Source: an uncultured Chloroflexia bacterium
GTDB taxonomy: Bacteria; Chloroflexota; Limnocylindria; Limnocylindrales; CSP1-4
NCBI GenBank assembly: GCA_963834915.1
Contig: CAWIDI010000006.1
Location: 11,272-75,271, forward strand
Direction of reading: 5' to 3'
Length of the DNA: 64,000 nucleotides
Below, in pieces: positions 56,185 to 64,000 of the stretch (position 1 is the stretch's first letter; every line of letters begins with the position of its first letter). A model generated the notes under the pieces. It saw only the letters and a program-made list of their open reading frames with translations. It was not told the DNA's origin and made no database searches. The position numbers and the translations under genes were made by a program.

Positions 56185-57039
56185 ATGAAGATCCCCCTCT
56201 TCCCGCTCCACACCGTGCTCTGCCCCGGGATCGTGGTGCCGCTGCATATCTTCGAGGAGCGGTACCGCGAGATGACGAGGCGCTGCCTCGACACCGGCGA
56301 GCCCTTCGGCGTCGTCCTCATCCGCGATGGCAAGGAGGTCGGGGCGCGGAGCGTCTCGACCCTGGCCGGCGTGGGCGCGTTCGCCGAGATCCGCCGGGCC
56401 GGCCGATACCCGGATGGGCGCTACGACCTGCTCGCGGCCGGGACCGGCCGGTTCACGATCGAATCGGTCGACACGGGGAGTGCCGCATACCTCGTGGCCG
56501 ACGTGACCCCGCTCGACGACGAGGTCGGGGACGAGCCGCGCGCGGAACGGCTGGCCGCGACCGCGATCGGCCGGTTCGTGCGCTACCTCGAGCTGATGCG
56601 GGCGCGCGACGGCGAGACGGCGGACGTGCTGGACATCCAGGTCGAGGTCGAGACGGCCGTGGCCGACGACGACGTGGACGACGTGGACGACGCGGATGAG
56701 GACGCGGTCACCGACGAAGCGATCGGCGCGGCGATGGCCGCGGCCGTGGCGGAGCCGGTGGCGATCGGCCCGGGTGATGACGATGACGATGACGACGATG
56801 ACGAGGCGCCGACAGCCGACCTCACGATCCCAGACGACCCGACCGTGCTCTCGTACCTGCTCTCGGGGATCGTCTCGATCGAGCTACCGCGGCGCCAGGC
56901 GCTGCTCGAGGCGGCGACCACGGTCACTCGCCTCGAGGGACTGATCCGGATCCTGGACCGCGAGATCCTGTTGCTCGGGGAGCGGCTCCGCCTCTTCACG
57001 CCGGACGTCCGCGTGCTGGGTGGCGTCCGCCGCAGCTGA
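56185..57039 (+). CDS. LON substrate-binding (Lon N-terminal) domain protein with an acidic insert
   Basis: MKIPLFPLHTVLCPGIVVPLHIFEERYREM. Intact 284 aa, with a run GDDDDDDDDDE. Confidence 0.75.
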   Translation: MKIPLFPLHTVLCPGIVVPLHIFEERYREMTRRCLDTGEPFGVVLIRDGKEVGARSVSTLAGVGAFAEIRRAGRYPDGRYDLLAAGTGRFTIESVDTGSAAYLVADVTPLDDEVGDEPRAERLAATAIGRFVRYLELMRARDGETADVLDIQVEVETAVADDDVDDVDDADEDAVTDEAIGAAMAAAVAEPVAIGPGDDDDDDDDDEAPTADLTIPDDPTVLSYLLSGIVSIELPRRQALLEAATTVTRLEGLIRILDREILLLGERLRLFTPDVRVLGGVRRS

Positions 57040-57189
57040 GCGTCGCGGGCACACGAAACCGAGTCGGATCGGGCGTCCGAAGCGACGACCGCGCCGAAAC
57101 CCTGCCGTACGCCACCGGGGCGGGCGTTCGGCGGCGCGTGACGCGTAGACGACTGGTGTGGAGGCCGGAAGTCCTGTCAAAACGCCGTT

Positions 57190-57312
57190 AGCGCCACCCG
57201 GGGTGGCGGCTGGCACGTTCGCTGGCGCAGGCTCGAGCTAATGCCACCCGCGGTGGCGTCCGGCAGGTTCGCGGTGGCGTCCGGCAGGTTCGCGGTGGCG
57301 TCCGGCAGTTTG
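57190..57312. repeat. Array of hairpin-containing 21-nt repeats
   Basis: GCGCCACCCGGGGTGGCGGCTGGCACGTTCGC (57190-), then GCGGTGGCGTCCGGCAGGTTC x3 (57250-57312) preceded by GCCACCCGCGGTGGC. It is followed by (GGCGCT)x4. Confidence 0.85.
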
Positions 57313-57385
57313 CGGCTGGCGCCGGAGCTCGGAGCCGCCGCCCGGAGCCGGCGCTGGCGCTGGCGCTGGCGCGAGAGGTGCCGCC

Positions 57386-57988
57386 TTACTCGCTGAAGCG
57401 CTCTTCCTTCCAGGGATCGGCGTCGTTGTTGTAGCCGTAGCGCTCCCAGAAGCCGAGCTGGTCGTGGTCGAGGAACTCGAGGCCGCGGACCCATTTGCTG
57501 CTCTTCCAGAAGTAGCGCTTCGGGATCAGCATGCGGAGCGGATAGCCGTGCTCGAGCTCGAGCGGCTCGCCGCCGAACGTGTCGGCCAGCAGGACGTCGT
57601 CGTCATCGAGGATCGAGAGCGGGACGTTCGCGGTATAGCCCTGCTCGGCGTGCGAGACGACGTGCGTCGCCGACGGGCGGACCCCGGCCATCTCGAGGAT
57701 CGTCTGGATCGGGACGCCCTCCCAGGTCGTGTCGAGCTTGGTCCAGCGGGTCACGCAGTGGATGTCGGTCTGGACCGTCTTGCGCGGGAGGGCCTTGAAC
57801 TGCTCCCAGCTCAGCGTGAACGGCGAGTCGACCTCGCCCCAGACCTTGAAGTCCCACGTCGCCAGGTCGGTCCGCGGCACGGACCCGTAGTGGAGGACCG
57901 GGAACTTGTCGGTCTTGTACTGGCCGGGCGGGATCCGCGACGCGATGGCGGGATCCTTCTCGCCGGACCCGAAGAGTCGTTCGAACAT
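57386..57988 (-). CDS. Sulfite-oxidase-family molybdopterin oxidoreductase, small cytoplasmic YuiH-like type
   Basis: MFERLFG.. at 57988. DIHCVTRWTKLDTTWEGV, GGEPLELEHGYPLRMLIP and YFWKSSKWVRGLEF. Confidence 0.8.
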   Translation of the reverse strand: MFERLFGSGEKDPAIASRIPPGQYKTDKFPVLHYGSVPRTDLATWDFKVWGEVDSPFTLSWEQFKALPRKTVQTDIHCVTRWTKLDTTWEGVPIQTILEMAGVRPSATHVVSHAEQGYTANVPLSILDDDDVLLADTFGGEPLELEHGYPLRMLIPKRYFWKSSKWVRGLEFLDHDQLGFWERYGYNNDADPWKEERFSE

Positions 57989-58116
57989 GGGGCGGGCTTC
58001 CTCGAGCTGGGGGGAGGCCGATATCGTGCCACATCGGCGGTGGCGTTCCGGTGGCGATGTGGCCCGGACCATCGAGTGGTCCCGGGGCGTCGCGGCGCTG
58101 CGGTACCCTTCGCGCC

Positions 58117-58926
58117 GTGGACTCCCCGCCCAGCCCGACCACGCCGCCGAGCCCGCCCACGCCGCCGGCCGCCCTTCCGCGCCTGGTGATCGTCATGCCG
58201 GCGTACAACGCCGCGCGGACGCTGGAGCGGACCTACGCGGACATCCCGCACGACCTCGTCGAGCGGATCATCCTCGTGGACGACGTCTCCCGCGACGAGA
58301 CCGTCGAGATCGCGAAGCAGCTCGGGCTCGACGTCATCATCCACAGCCAGAACCGCGGCTACGGCGGCAACCAGAAGACCTGCTACGACGCGGCCCTCGC
58401 GGCCGACGCCGACATCGTCGTGATGCTCCATCCGGACTACCAGTACGACGCGACACGGATCCCCGCCCTCATCGCGCCGATCGCCGCGGGCGAGCGCGAC
58501 CTGATGCTCGGGAGCCGCTTCCTCGGCGACCCGCTGGCCGGCGGGATGCCGCGCTGGAAGTACGTCTCGAACCGGTTCCTCACCGGCGTCGAGAACGTGG
58601 CCTTCGGGCTCCACCTGTCCGAGTACCACACGGGCCTGCGCGCGTACAGCCGGCATCTGCTCGAGACGATCCCCTACCAGCGCAACAGCGATGACTTCGT
58701 GTTCGACCAGGAGCTGGTCGCACAGGTCGTGGCCGCGGGGATGCGCCGGCGGATCGGCGAGATCGCCGTGCCGACGCGCTACTTCGAGGAGGCGTCCTCG
58801 GTCGGCTTCAAGCGCAGCGTCGTCTACGGGCTCTCGACCCTCCGAGTCGTGGCCCGCTACCTGCTCCACCGGCTCCGGGTGCGGCGCTCGCCCAAGCTCG
58901 TCGCTCGCGACGACCGCGCGGACTGA
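58117..58926 (+). CDS. Family 2 glycosyltransferase
   Basis: LVIVMPAYNAARTL, ILVDDVSRDET and NRGYGGNQK. GTG 58117 is chosen within ORF 58051..58926. Confidence 0.8.
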   Translation: MDSPPSPTTPPSPPTPPAALPRLVIVMPAYNAARTLERTYADIPHDLVERIILVDDVSRDETVEIAKQLGLDVIIHSQNRGYGGNQKTCYDAALAADADIVVMLHPDYQYDATRIPALIAPIAAGERDLMLGSRFLGDPLAGGMPRWKYVSNRFLTGVENVAFGLHLSEYHTGLRAYSRHLLETIPYQRNSDDFVFDQELVAQVVAAGMRRRIGEIAVPTRYFEEASSVGFKRSVVYGLSTLRVVARYLLHRLRVRRSPKLVARDDRAD

Positions 58927-58942
58927 CGGGGCGCCGCAAGGG

Positions 58943-59998
58943 GTGCGGATCAGCACGAGCTCGCTCCTGCGCGGCGGCATCGGGATCGGGGTCAGCCTCG
59001 TCGCGATCTGGATCCTCATCGGGTCCGTCGACGTCCCGAAGGTCGTTGACGTCCTGCGCAGGGCCTCACCGGCGTGGATCGTCGTGATGCTCGCGACGAC
59101 CCTCGTCGACATCGGCGCCCGCGGCGCGCGGTGGCAGACGCTGCTCGCCCCGATCGCGGCGGTGCCGTACCGGCGTGTCCTCGGCTACACGTACCTCGGC
59201 TACCTCGCCAACAACATCCTGCCGGCCCGGCTCGGCGAGCTCGTCCGGAGCCACGCGCTGGGCGAGGGCGAGGGGATCAGCCGGACGACGGTCCTCGGGA
59301 CCGTGGTGGTGGAGCGGATCGTTGACACCGTGATGGTCGTGACCATCGCCGCGCTGAGCGTGCTGGTCCTGAGCGTCCGGGGCGTCATCACCAGCGCGGT
59401 GCTGCTCGGGCTGGCGTTCGTGACACTGCTCGTGGTCGCCCTCGGGCTCGGGATGGCGGCGCATCGCCTGCCGGGAGCCGATCGCGTCGCCGCGTTCCTC
59501 GAGCGCTGGCCGCGGATCGTCGAGCTCGGGCGCCGCCTGCGTGACGGGCTGCGCGTCGCGGGCCGGCCGCGGACCCTCGCCGCCGCCATCGCCCTGAGCG
59601 CGGTCGCCTGGGGTGCCTCGATCACGACGTTCCTCGCCGGCGGCCAGGCGGTCGGCATCGAGCTGAGCCTGGCGCAAGGCGCCCTGATCGCCACGGGCGT
59701 GGCGCTCGCGACGATCGTGCCGTCGGGGCCGGGCTTCGTCGGGACCTTCGAGCTGACCGCGGCGGCGATCGCGACGACGTTCGGGTTCGACCAGAACGAG
59801 GCGGTCGCGATGGCCCTGCTGGTCCACGTGACGATCCTGGTGGTCACCTCGGTCGGCGGGGTGGTGGCGATCATCGCGGGCCGTGGCCGGCGGTCGGCCG
59901 CGGGGGCCGCTGGAGGTGCCGGGGCACCGGACGTCGCTGCCAAAGCGGAGGCAAGCGGCCCCGTCGAGGCGCCCGGAATCGACGGACCCCCGGCCTGA
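58943..59998 (+). CDS. Flippase-like / lysyl-PG-synthase TM-region (UPF0104) membrane protein
   Basis: GTG 58943 in the frame of ORF 58691..59998. YLGYLANNILPARLGELVRS, with about 8 TM helices. Confidence 0.7.
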   Translation: MRISTSSLLRGGIGIGVSLVAIWILIGSVDVPKVVDVLRRASPAWIVVMLATTLVDIGARGARWQTLLAPIAAVPYRRVLGYTYLGYLANNILPARLGELVRSHALGEGEGISRTTVLGTVVVERIVDTVMVVTIAALSVLVLSVRGVITSAVLLGLAFVTLLVVALGLGMAAHRLPGADRVAAFLERWPRIVELGRRLRDGLRVAGRPRTLAAAIALSAVAWGASITTFLAGGQAVGIELSLAQGALIATGVALATIVPSGPGFVGTFELTAAAIATTFGFDQNEAVAMALLVHVTILVVTSVGGVVAIIAGRGRRSAAGAAGGAGAPDVAAKAEASGPVEAPGIDGPPA

Positions 59999-60024
59999 GC
60001 CGAGGGTCCGAGCGGTCTGGCGAC

Positions 60025-60045
60025 GGTCGGACCGGGGGTCCGACC
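60025..60045. terminator. Bidirectional hairpin between convergent genes
   Basis: GGTCGGACC-ggg-GGTCCGACC gives a perfect 9-bp stem. Confidence 0.5.
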
Positions 60046-60052
60046 GGATGGG

Positions 60053-60953
60053 TTACTTGACGATGCCCTGGGCCTGCAGCCAGGCCTTGGCCACCACCGC
60101 GAGGTCCTTCTTGTCGACCGGGACCTGCTTGTACAGGTCGGCGAGCGTCGGCGTGTCGATCTTGGCGGACACGTCGTCGAGGAGCTTCGAGAAGGCGGCC
60201 TTGTCGGTCTTGGCCAGGAAGTCGTCGCGCACGATCGGCGCGATGTTCTCGGCCGGCTGCGTCGCCTTGTCGTCCTCGAGCCGGACCCACCCGTTGACGA
60301 TGATCTCGGGGCTGGTCGAGCACAGCTCCGCGAGGTCGACGGTCTTCTGGAGGAGCGCATCGGCCATCGGGCCGCTGCACGCGTCCAGGAGCGTGACGTT
60401 CTTGGGCTCGAGGCCATAGGCGGTCTTGAGCGCGGCCGCGCAGACCGGGTTGGTCGGGCAGTCGGTCGCAAGCGCCCACTTGAGATCGTCCTGGTGGGCG
60501 GTGACGTCGCTCAGCTTGGCGAGGCCGAACTGGTCGGCGGTCTCCTTGCGGACGACGAACGCGTTGGTGTCCTGCCCGGGCGTGTACGCGAGCACCGAGA
60601 TGCCCTTGGGCGTGAGGGCCTCGGCGAGCAGCTTCGCGTTGGTCGCCGAGTCCGTCGGTCGTGGTGCCGGGCGCGTAGTAGCCCAACCCGCCGCCGAGGT
60701 ACTCGGGCTTGAGATCGATCTGGCCGCTCTCGATGGCGGCGGCCGTGACCTTGCGCGTGCCGAGCCCGATCCCGGCCCGGTCGACCGTGTAGCCGTTGGC
60801 CTCGAGGACCTGGGCATAGACCTCGGCCACGACCCTGGCTTCGTCGAAGCCGTCGGAGCCGATCTTGATGGTTGGCTTGCCCCCACCCGTCGAGCAGGCG
60901 CCGAACAGCACCAGCATCGACGCCCCGAGGGCAAGCACGCGGGACAACCGCAT
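60053..60953 (-). CDS. Osmoprotectant (glycine betaine/choline-type) ABC substrate-binding lipoprotein (1 apparent frameshift near 60655)
   Basis: Lipobox LVLFGAC is in ORF 59871..60953 (..KIGSDGFDEARVVAEVYAQVLE..). The protein continues in ORF 60053..60934 (..SATNAKLLAEALTPKGISVLAYTPGQDTNAFVV..). Confidence 0.8.
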
Positions 60954-61003
60954 GGGTTCCTCCTATACCGTCGCGCGGAAGACGCGAAAACCCGGCGACC
61001 TTA

Positions 61004-61747
61004 TCACGATGTACGTGACAACCCGGTGTCAGGATCGACAGCGAGCGTGAGGGTTTCGGTGGCGGGCCGACGCAGGCCGGGGGAGACGGCCAGGCGACCC
61101 AGCATCGCGAACGTGAACTCGGTCGCGAGCGAGAGGGCGGCCACGAGCACCACCCCGCCGAAGAGCATGCCATCGTCGACCTGCGCGATGCCCTCGACGA
61201 GATAGCGGCCCAGGCCCGGGCCGCCGAAGATCGCCGCCAGCGTCAGCGTGGCGACGACCTGGACCGCCGCCGACCGGACGCCGCCGAGGATGACCGGCAG
61301 GGCGACGGGCACCTCGACGCGCCGCACCAGCTGCTGGCCGCGCATCCCCATGCCCTTGCCGGCTTCGACGAGGTCGGGATCGACCTCGGTCACGCCCGTC
61401 TGGGCGTTGAGCAGGACCGGCGGGATCGCCAGGACGACCATCGCGATGACCGCCGGGTAGATCTTGAACCCGTTCTCCGGATCGATGGCCGCGGTGATCG
61501 GCAGGACCAGGGCGATCACGGCCAGGGTCGGCAGCGCCCGGCCCATGTTGGCCACCTGGACGACGATCCGCGTCCCGCGGCGCGTGTGGCCGACCCACAG
61601 CCCGAGCGGCAGCGCGATGGCGATCGCGATCACGAGGGAGATGCCCGACAGGAGGACGTGCTGGGCCAGCCGGAGCGGGATGCCGTTCGGCCCCGACCAG
61701 TTCACCGGGTCGGTCAGCCAGGCGACGGTCTCGCTGAGGAAGTTCAC
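61004..61747 (-). CDS. ABC transporter permease (osmoprotectant uptake)
   Basis: VNFLSETVAWLTDP.. with the EAA-like loop DPDLVEAGKGMGMRGQQLV. GTG 61747 overlaps the upstream stop. Confidence 0.85.
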   Translation of the reverse strand: MNFLSETVAWLTDPVNWSGPNGIPLRLAQHVLLSGISLVIAIAIALPLGLWVGHTRRGTRIVVQVANMGRALPTLAVIALVLPITAAIDPENGFKIYPAVIAMVVLAIPPVLLNAQTGVTEVDPDLVEAGKGMGMRGQQLVRRVEVPVALPVILGGVRSAAVQVVATLTLAAIFGGPGLGRYLVEGIAQVDDGMLFGGVVLVAALSLATEFTFAMLGRLAVSPGLRRPATETLTLAVDPDTGLSRTS

Positions 61748-62418
61748 GCCGCAGCCGCCGGTCGCGCCGGGTCGCCGGCCGGTGCCGTCCACGGGGTGAT
61801 GCGCCGCTCCAGGCGGACGAGCACGAGGTCGATCGCGACGGCCAGGATGATCGACGGGATCGCGCCCATCAGGATCTCGGTCGGGAAGGTGTGCCGCCAG
61901 CCCTCGAAGATGAAGAACCCGAGGCCGCCGAACCGGTCGCCGAGGATCCCGGTGACCGTGACCAACCCGATCGTCGACACCGTCGCGAGCCGGATGCCGG
62001 TGACGATCAGCGGGATCGCCAGGGGTAGCTCGACCCGCCACAGGCGGCGGTCGCGCGGATAGCCCATGCCGTCGGCCGCCTCGAGGACGTCGCGCGGGAC
62101 CGTGTCGAAGCCGGCCACCATGTTGCGGACCAGGATCAGCAGCGTGTACAGGATCAGCGGGATCTCCGCGGTCAGGATCGAGAGGCCGGTGATCGGCACG
62201 AAGACCGCGAACATCGCGAGACTGGGGATCGTGTAGGCCACGCCCGTGACCGCGACGATCGGACCGTAGACGCCGCGACGGCGGATCGACCAGATCGCGA
62301 GGCCGAAGGCGATCACGCACCCGACCCCGACCGCGATCGCGGTAAGCAGCAGATGCTGGAAGGTCCGGTAGGCCAGCTCGTCGAGGTGGTCCGCGACCCA
62401 GGCCCAGTCGATGGTCAT
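61744..62418 (-). CDS. ABC transporter permease (osmoprotectant uptake)
   Basis: Intact 224 aa with the loop PRDVLEAADGMGYPRDRRLWRVELP. Confidence 0.85.
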   Translation of the reverse strand: MTIDWAWVADHLDELAYRTFQHLLLTAIAVGVGCVIAFGLAIWSIRRRGVYGPIVAVTGVAYTIPSLAMFAVFVPITGLSILTAEIPLILYTLLILVRNMVAGFDTVPRDVLEAADGMGYPRDRRLWRVELPLAIPLIVTGIRLATVSTIGLVTVTGILGDRFGGLGFFIFEGWRHTFPTEILMGAIPSIILAVAIDLVLVRLERRITPWTAPAGDPARPAAAA

Positions 62419-63665
62419 CCCGCCGTCGCCCCGGACCCCTCGCTCCCCGCGACGGCCCGCTCGTGCGCTTCGGCGTCCGCCTCGTGGGCGTCGAGGAGCG
62501 CCGACGCGGGCAGGATCGTCGCCGCACCCGGCTCCGCCGTCTCGCGCATGAACCCGGCCACCTGGTCGACCGTGACGAGGCCGCGGACCTTCCCGGTCCG
62601 GTCCACGACGATCCCGGCCTGGACCGCGGCGTCGAGGAGCAGCGAGAGGGCGTCGCGGAGCGTGGTCCGCCGGTCGAGGAGCGGCGACATCGGCTCGGCC
62701 ATCTCGGTCGTCAGCGTGTCCGTCCCCCGCAGGGTGTCGTCATCGACCCAGCCGATCGGCCGGTCGCCGTCGTCGATCAGCAGGGCGTAGTGGAACGGGT
62801 CCGCCGCGAGCCGACGGCGGACCTCGGCGGCGTCGTCACCGACGCGCGCGAGCACCGGCGCCTGGAGCTCCAGCTCGCCGACCCGTCGCAGGGACAGCCG
62901 CTTGAGGCCGCGGTCCGCCCCGACGAAGCGGGCGACGAACTCGCTGGCCGGCGCCGCCAGGATGTCCGCGGGCGGGCCGAACTGGGCGAGGTGGCCGCCG
63001 ACCTGCATGACGGCCACGAGGTCGCCCATCTTGATGGCCTCGTCGATGTCGTGGGTCACGAACAGGATCGTCTTCGCGAGCTCCTCCTGGAGGCGCAGGA
63101 ACTCGTTCTGGAGCCGCTCGCGGACGATCGGGTCGACCGCCCCGAAGGGCTCGTCCATGAGCATGATCGGCGGGTCGGCGGCGAGCGCCCGCGCGACGCC
63201 GACGCGCTGCCGCTCCCCGCCCGAGAGCTGGCTGGGGTACCGATCGCGGTACTTCGCGGGGTCCAGCCCGATCAGGGCGAGGAGCTCGTCCGCGCGTTCG
63301 CGCTGGCGCGCCATGGGCCAGCCCAGCAGGCGCGGAACCACCGCGACGTTCTCGCCGATGGTCTGGTGCGGGAAGAGCCCGACCTGCTGGATCACGTAGC
63401 CGATCGAGCGCCGCAGCTCGTCCACGTTGCGCGTCGCGGCGTCGACGCCGTCGATGAGGATCCGGCCGCCGGTCGGCTCGATGAGGCGGTTGACCATCTT
63501 GAGCGAGGTCGTCTTGCCGCAGCCGGACGGCCCGACCAGCACGCAGATCTTCCCCGCAGGGACCAGGAACGACAGGTCGTTGACCGCGCCCGGCGTGTCC
63601 TTCGCGTTCGGGTCGTAGCGCTTGGTGACGTGGTCGAATTCGACCGTCGCCGCGGTCGCGGTCAC
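62415..63665 (-). CDS. Osmoprotectant ABC transporter ATP-binding protein with a C-terminal CBS pair (OpuCA/ProV-like)
   Basis: GPSGCGKTT, LSGGERQRVGVARAL and MLMDEPFGAVD, followed by a CBS-like tail. Intact 416 aa. Confidence 0.88.
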   Translation of the reverse strand: MTATAATVEFDHVTKRYDPNAKDTPGAVNDLSFLVPAGKICVLVGPSGCGKTTSLKMVNRLIEPTGGRILIDGVDAATRNVDELRRSIGYVIQQVGLFPHQTIGENVAVVPRLLGWPMARQRERADELLALIGLDPAKYRDRYPSQLSGGERQRVGVARALAADPPIMLMDEPFGAVDPIVRERLQNEFLRLQEELAKTILFVTHDIDEAIKMGDLVAVMQVGGHLAQFGPPADILAAPASEFVARFVGADRGLKRLSLRRVGELELQAPVLARVGDDAAEVRRRLAADPFHYALLIDDGDRPIGWVDDDTLRGTDTLTTEMAEPMSPLLDRRTTLRDALSLLLDAAVQAGIVVDRTGKVRGLVTVDQVAGFMRETAEPGAATILPASALLDAHEADAEAHERAVAGSEGSGATAG

Positions 63666-63693
63666 CGACCGGCCCCGGTGGCGGCGCCCGCCA

Positions 63694-64000
63694 TCAGCCG
63701 GCGTCGATGAGCGGCTTCACCTCGCCGACGAAGCGCTCGAGCGTCTCGGTGTCGTACGGCGCCGGCTGCTCGGAGATGACGGTCCGGAAGCCCATCTCGA
63801 CGTACGGGCGCAGGCGGTCGGCGATCTGCTCGGCGCTGCCGTTCCAGAACGTGTCGTCGTCTTCGACCTCCGCGAGGGGCGTCTTGTTGTGCGCCATCGC
63901 GGCGTGCTGGACGCGCTCGGCCTCGGCGGCCGAATCGCGGATCGTGAGCTTGACCCCGAGGGTGAACTCGATGTCGCCGATGTCGCGCCCGACCGCGTCG
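63694..64000 (-). CDS. C-terminal part of an LLM-class (luciferase-like, probably F420-dependent) oxidoreductase; the 5' end is beyond the window
   Basis: GSAEQIADRLRPYVEMGF..ISEQ... The frame stays open upstream of the listed Met to the window edge. Confidence 0.6.
   Translation of the reverse strand, partial: DAVGRDIGDIEFTLGVKLTIRDSAAEAERVQHAAMAHNKTPLAEVEDDDTFWNGSAEQIADRLRPYVEMGFRTVISEQPAPYDTETLERFVGEVKPLIDAG

Overview
This is a 64-kb stretch of a high-G+C bacterial chromosome. Gene content (EXLDI protein, DUF6766-like protein, GpgS, TadE/TadG pseudopilins, MazEF/VapBC modules, a leaderless-looking promoter) suggests Actinomycetota or a related high-GC lineage, but that is inference. I can support about 70 protein-coding genes and one tRNA-Thr(CGU). 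I see no rRNA, CRISPR array, transposase or integrase. Layout: (i) 0.8-7.5 kb is a visibly lower-G+C accessory block abutting the 3' end of tRNA-Thr. It holds a 5'-truncated Rhs fragment with an unusual C-terminal extension, a candidate immunity gene, a secreted LamG protein, a secreted lipase-like hydrolase and a membrane-anchored protein. (ii) 7.7-9.0 kb carries MazEF and VapBC. (iii) Next come an EXLDI protein with a DrrAB-like ABC exporter, a Na+/H+ antiporter, a divergent pair of CYTH-like proteins (one fused to Ppx/GppA), an MFS pump, and DoxX with a Tat multicopper oxidase. (iv) Then a MoxR-DUF58-vWA operon, a nitrilase-family hydrolase and a cupredoxin/response-regulator/histidine-kinase operon. 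(v) An orphan TadE-TadE-TadG-like block with a DUF5666-like protein. (vi) A chain of overlapping genes: GNAT, glycerate kinase, Phd, VapC, endonuclease III. (vii) A USP-USP-GpgS fusion coupled to a second glycosylglycerate-synthase-like glycosyltransferase. (viii) fumC and a phenylacetate (paa) cluster, paaF..paaG and TetR-paaABCD-paaH-thiolase, with no paaE. (ix) ErpA/IscA, a membrane GGDEF protein, a Lon-N domain protein, a YuiH-like Mo enzyme, GT2 plus a flippase-like protein, an osmoprotectant ABC importer, and a partial LLM oxidoreductase. Cross-cutting observations: a dispersed AT-rich, palindrome-bearing intergenic repeat family (4 copies); several unrelated short tandem-repeat or hairpin arrays in intergenic gaps; and about 25 apparent 1-nt frameshifts across 16 otherwise well-conserved genes, which I read mainly as assembly indels. 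All similarity calls are by-eye motif recognition with no searches run. Frameshift positions are approximate (+-15 nt) and G+C statements are visual, not computed.
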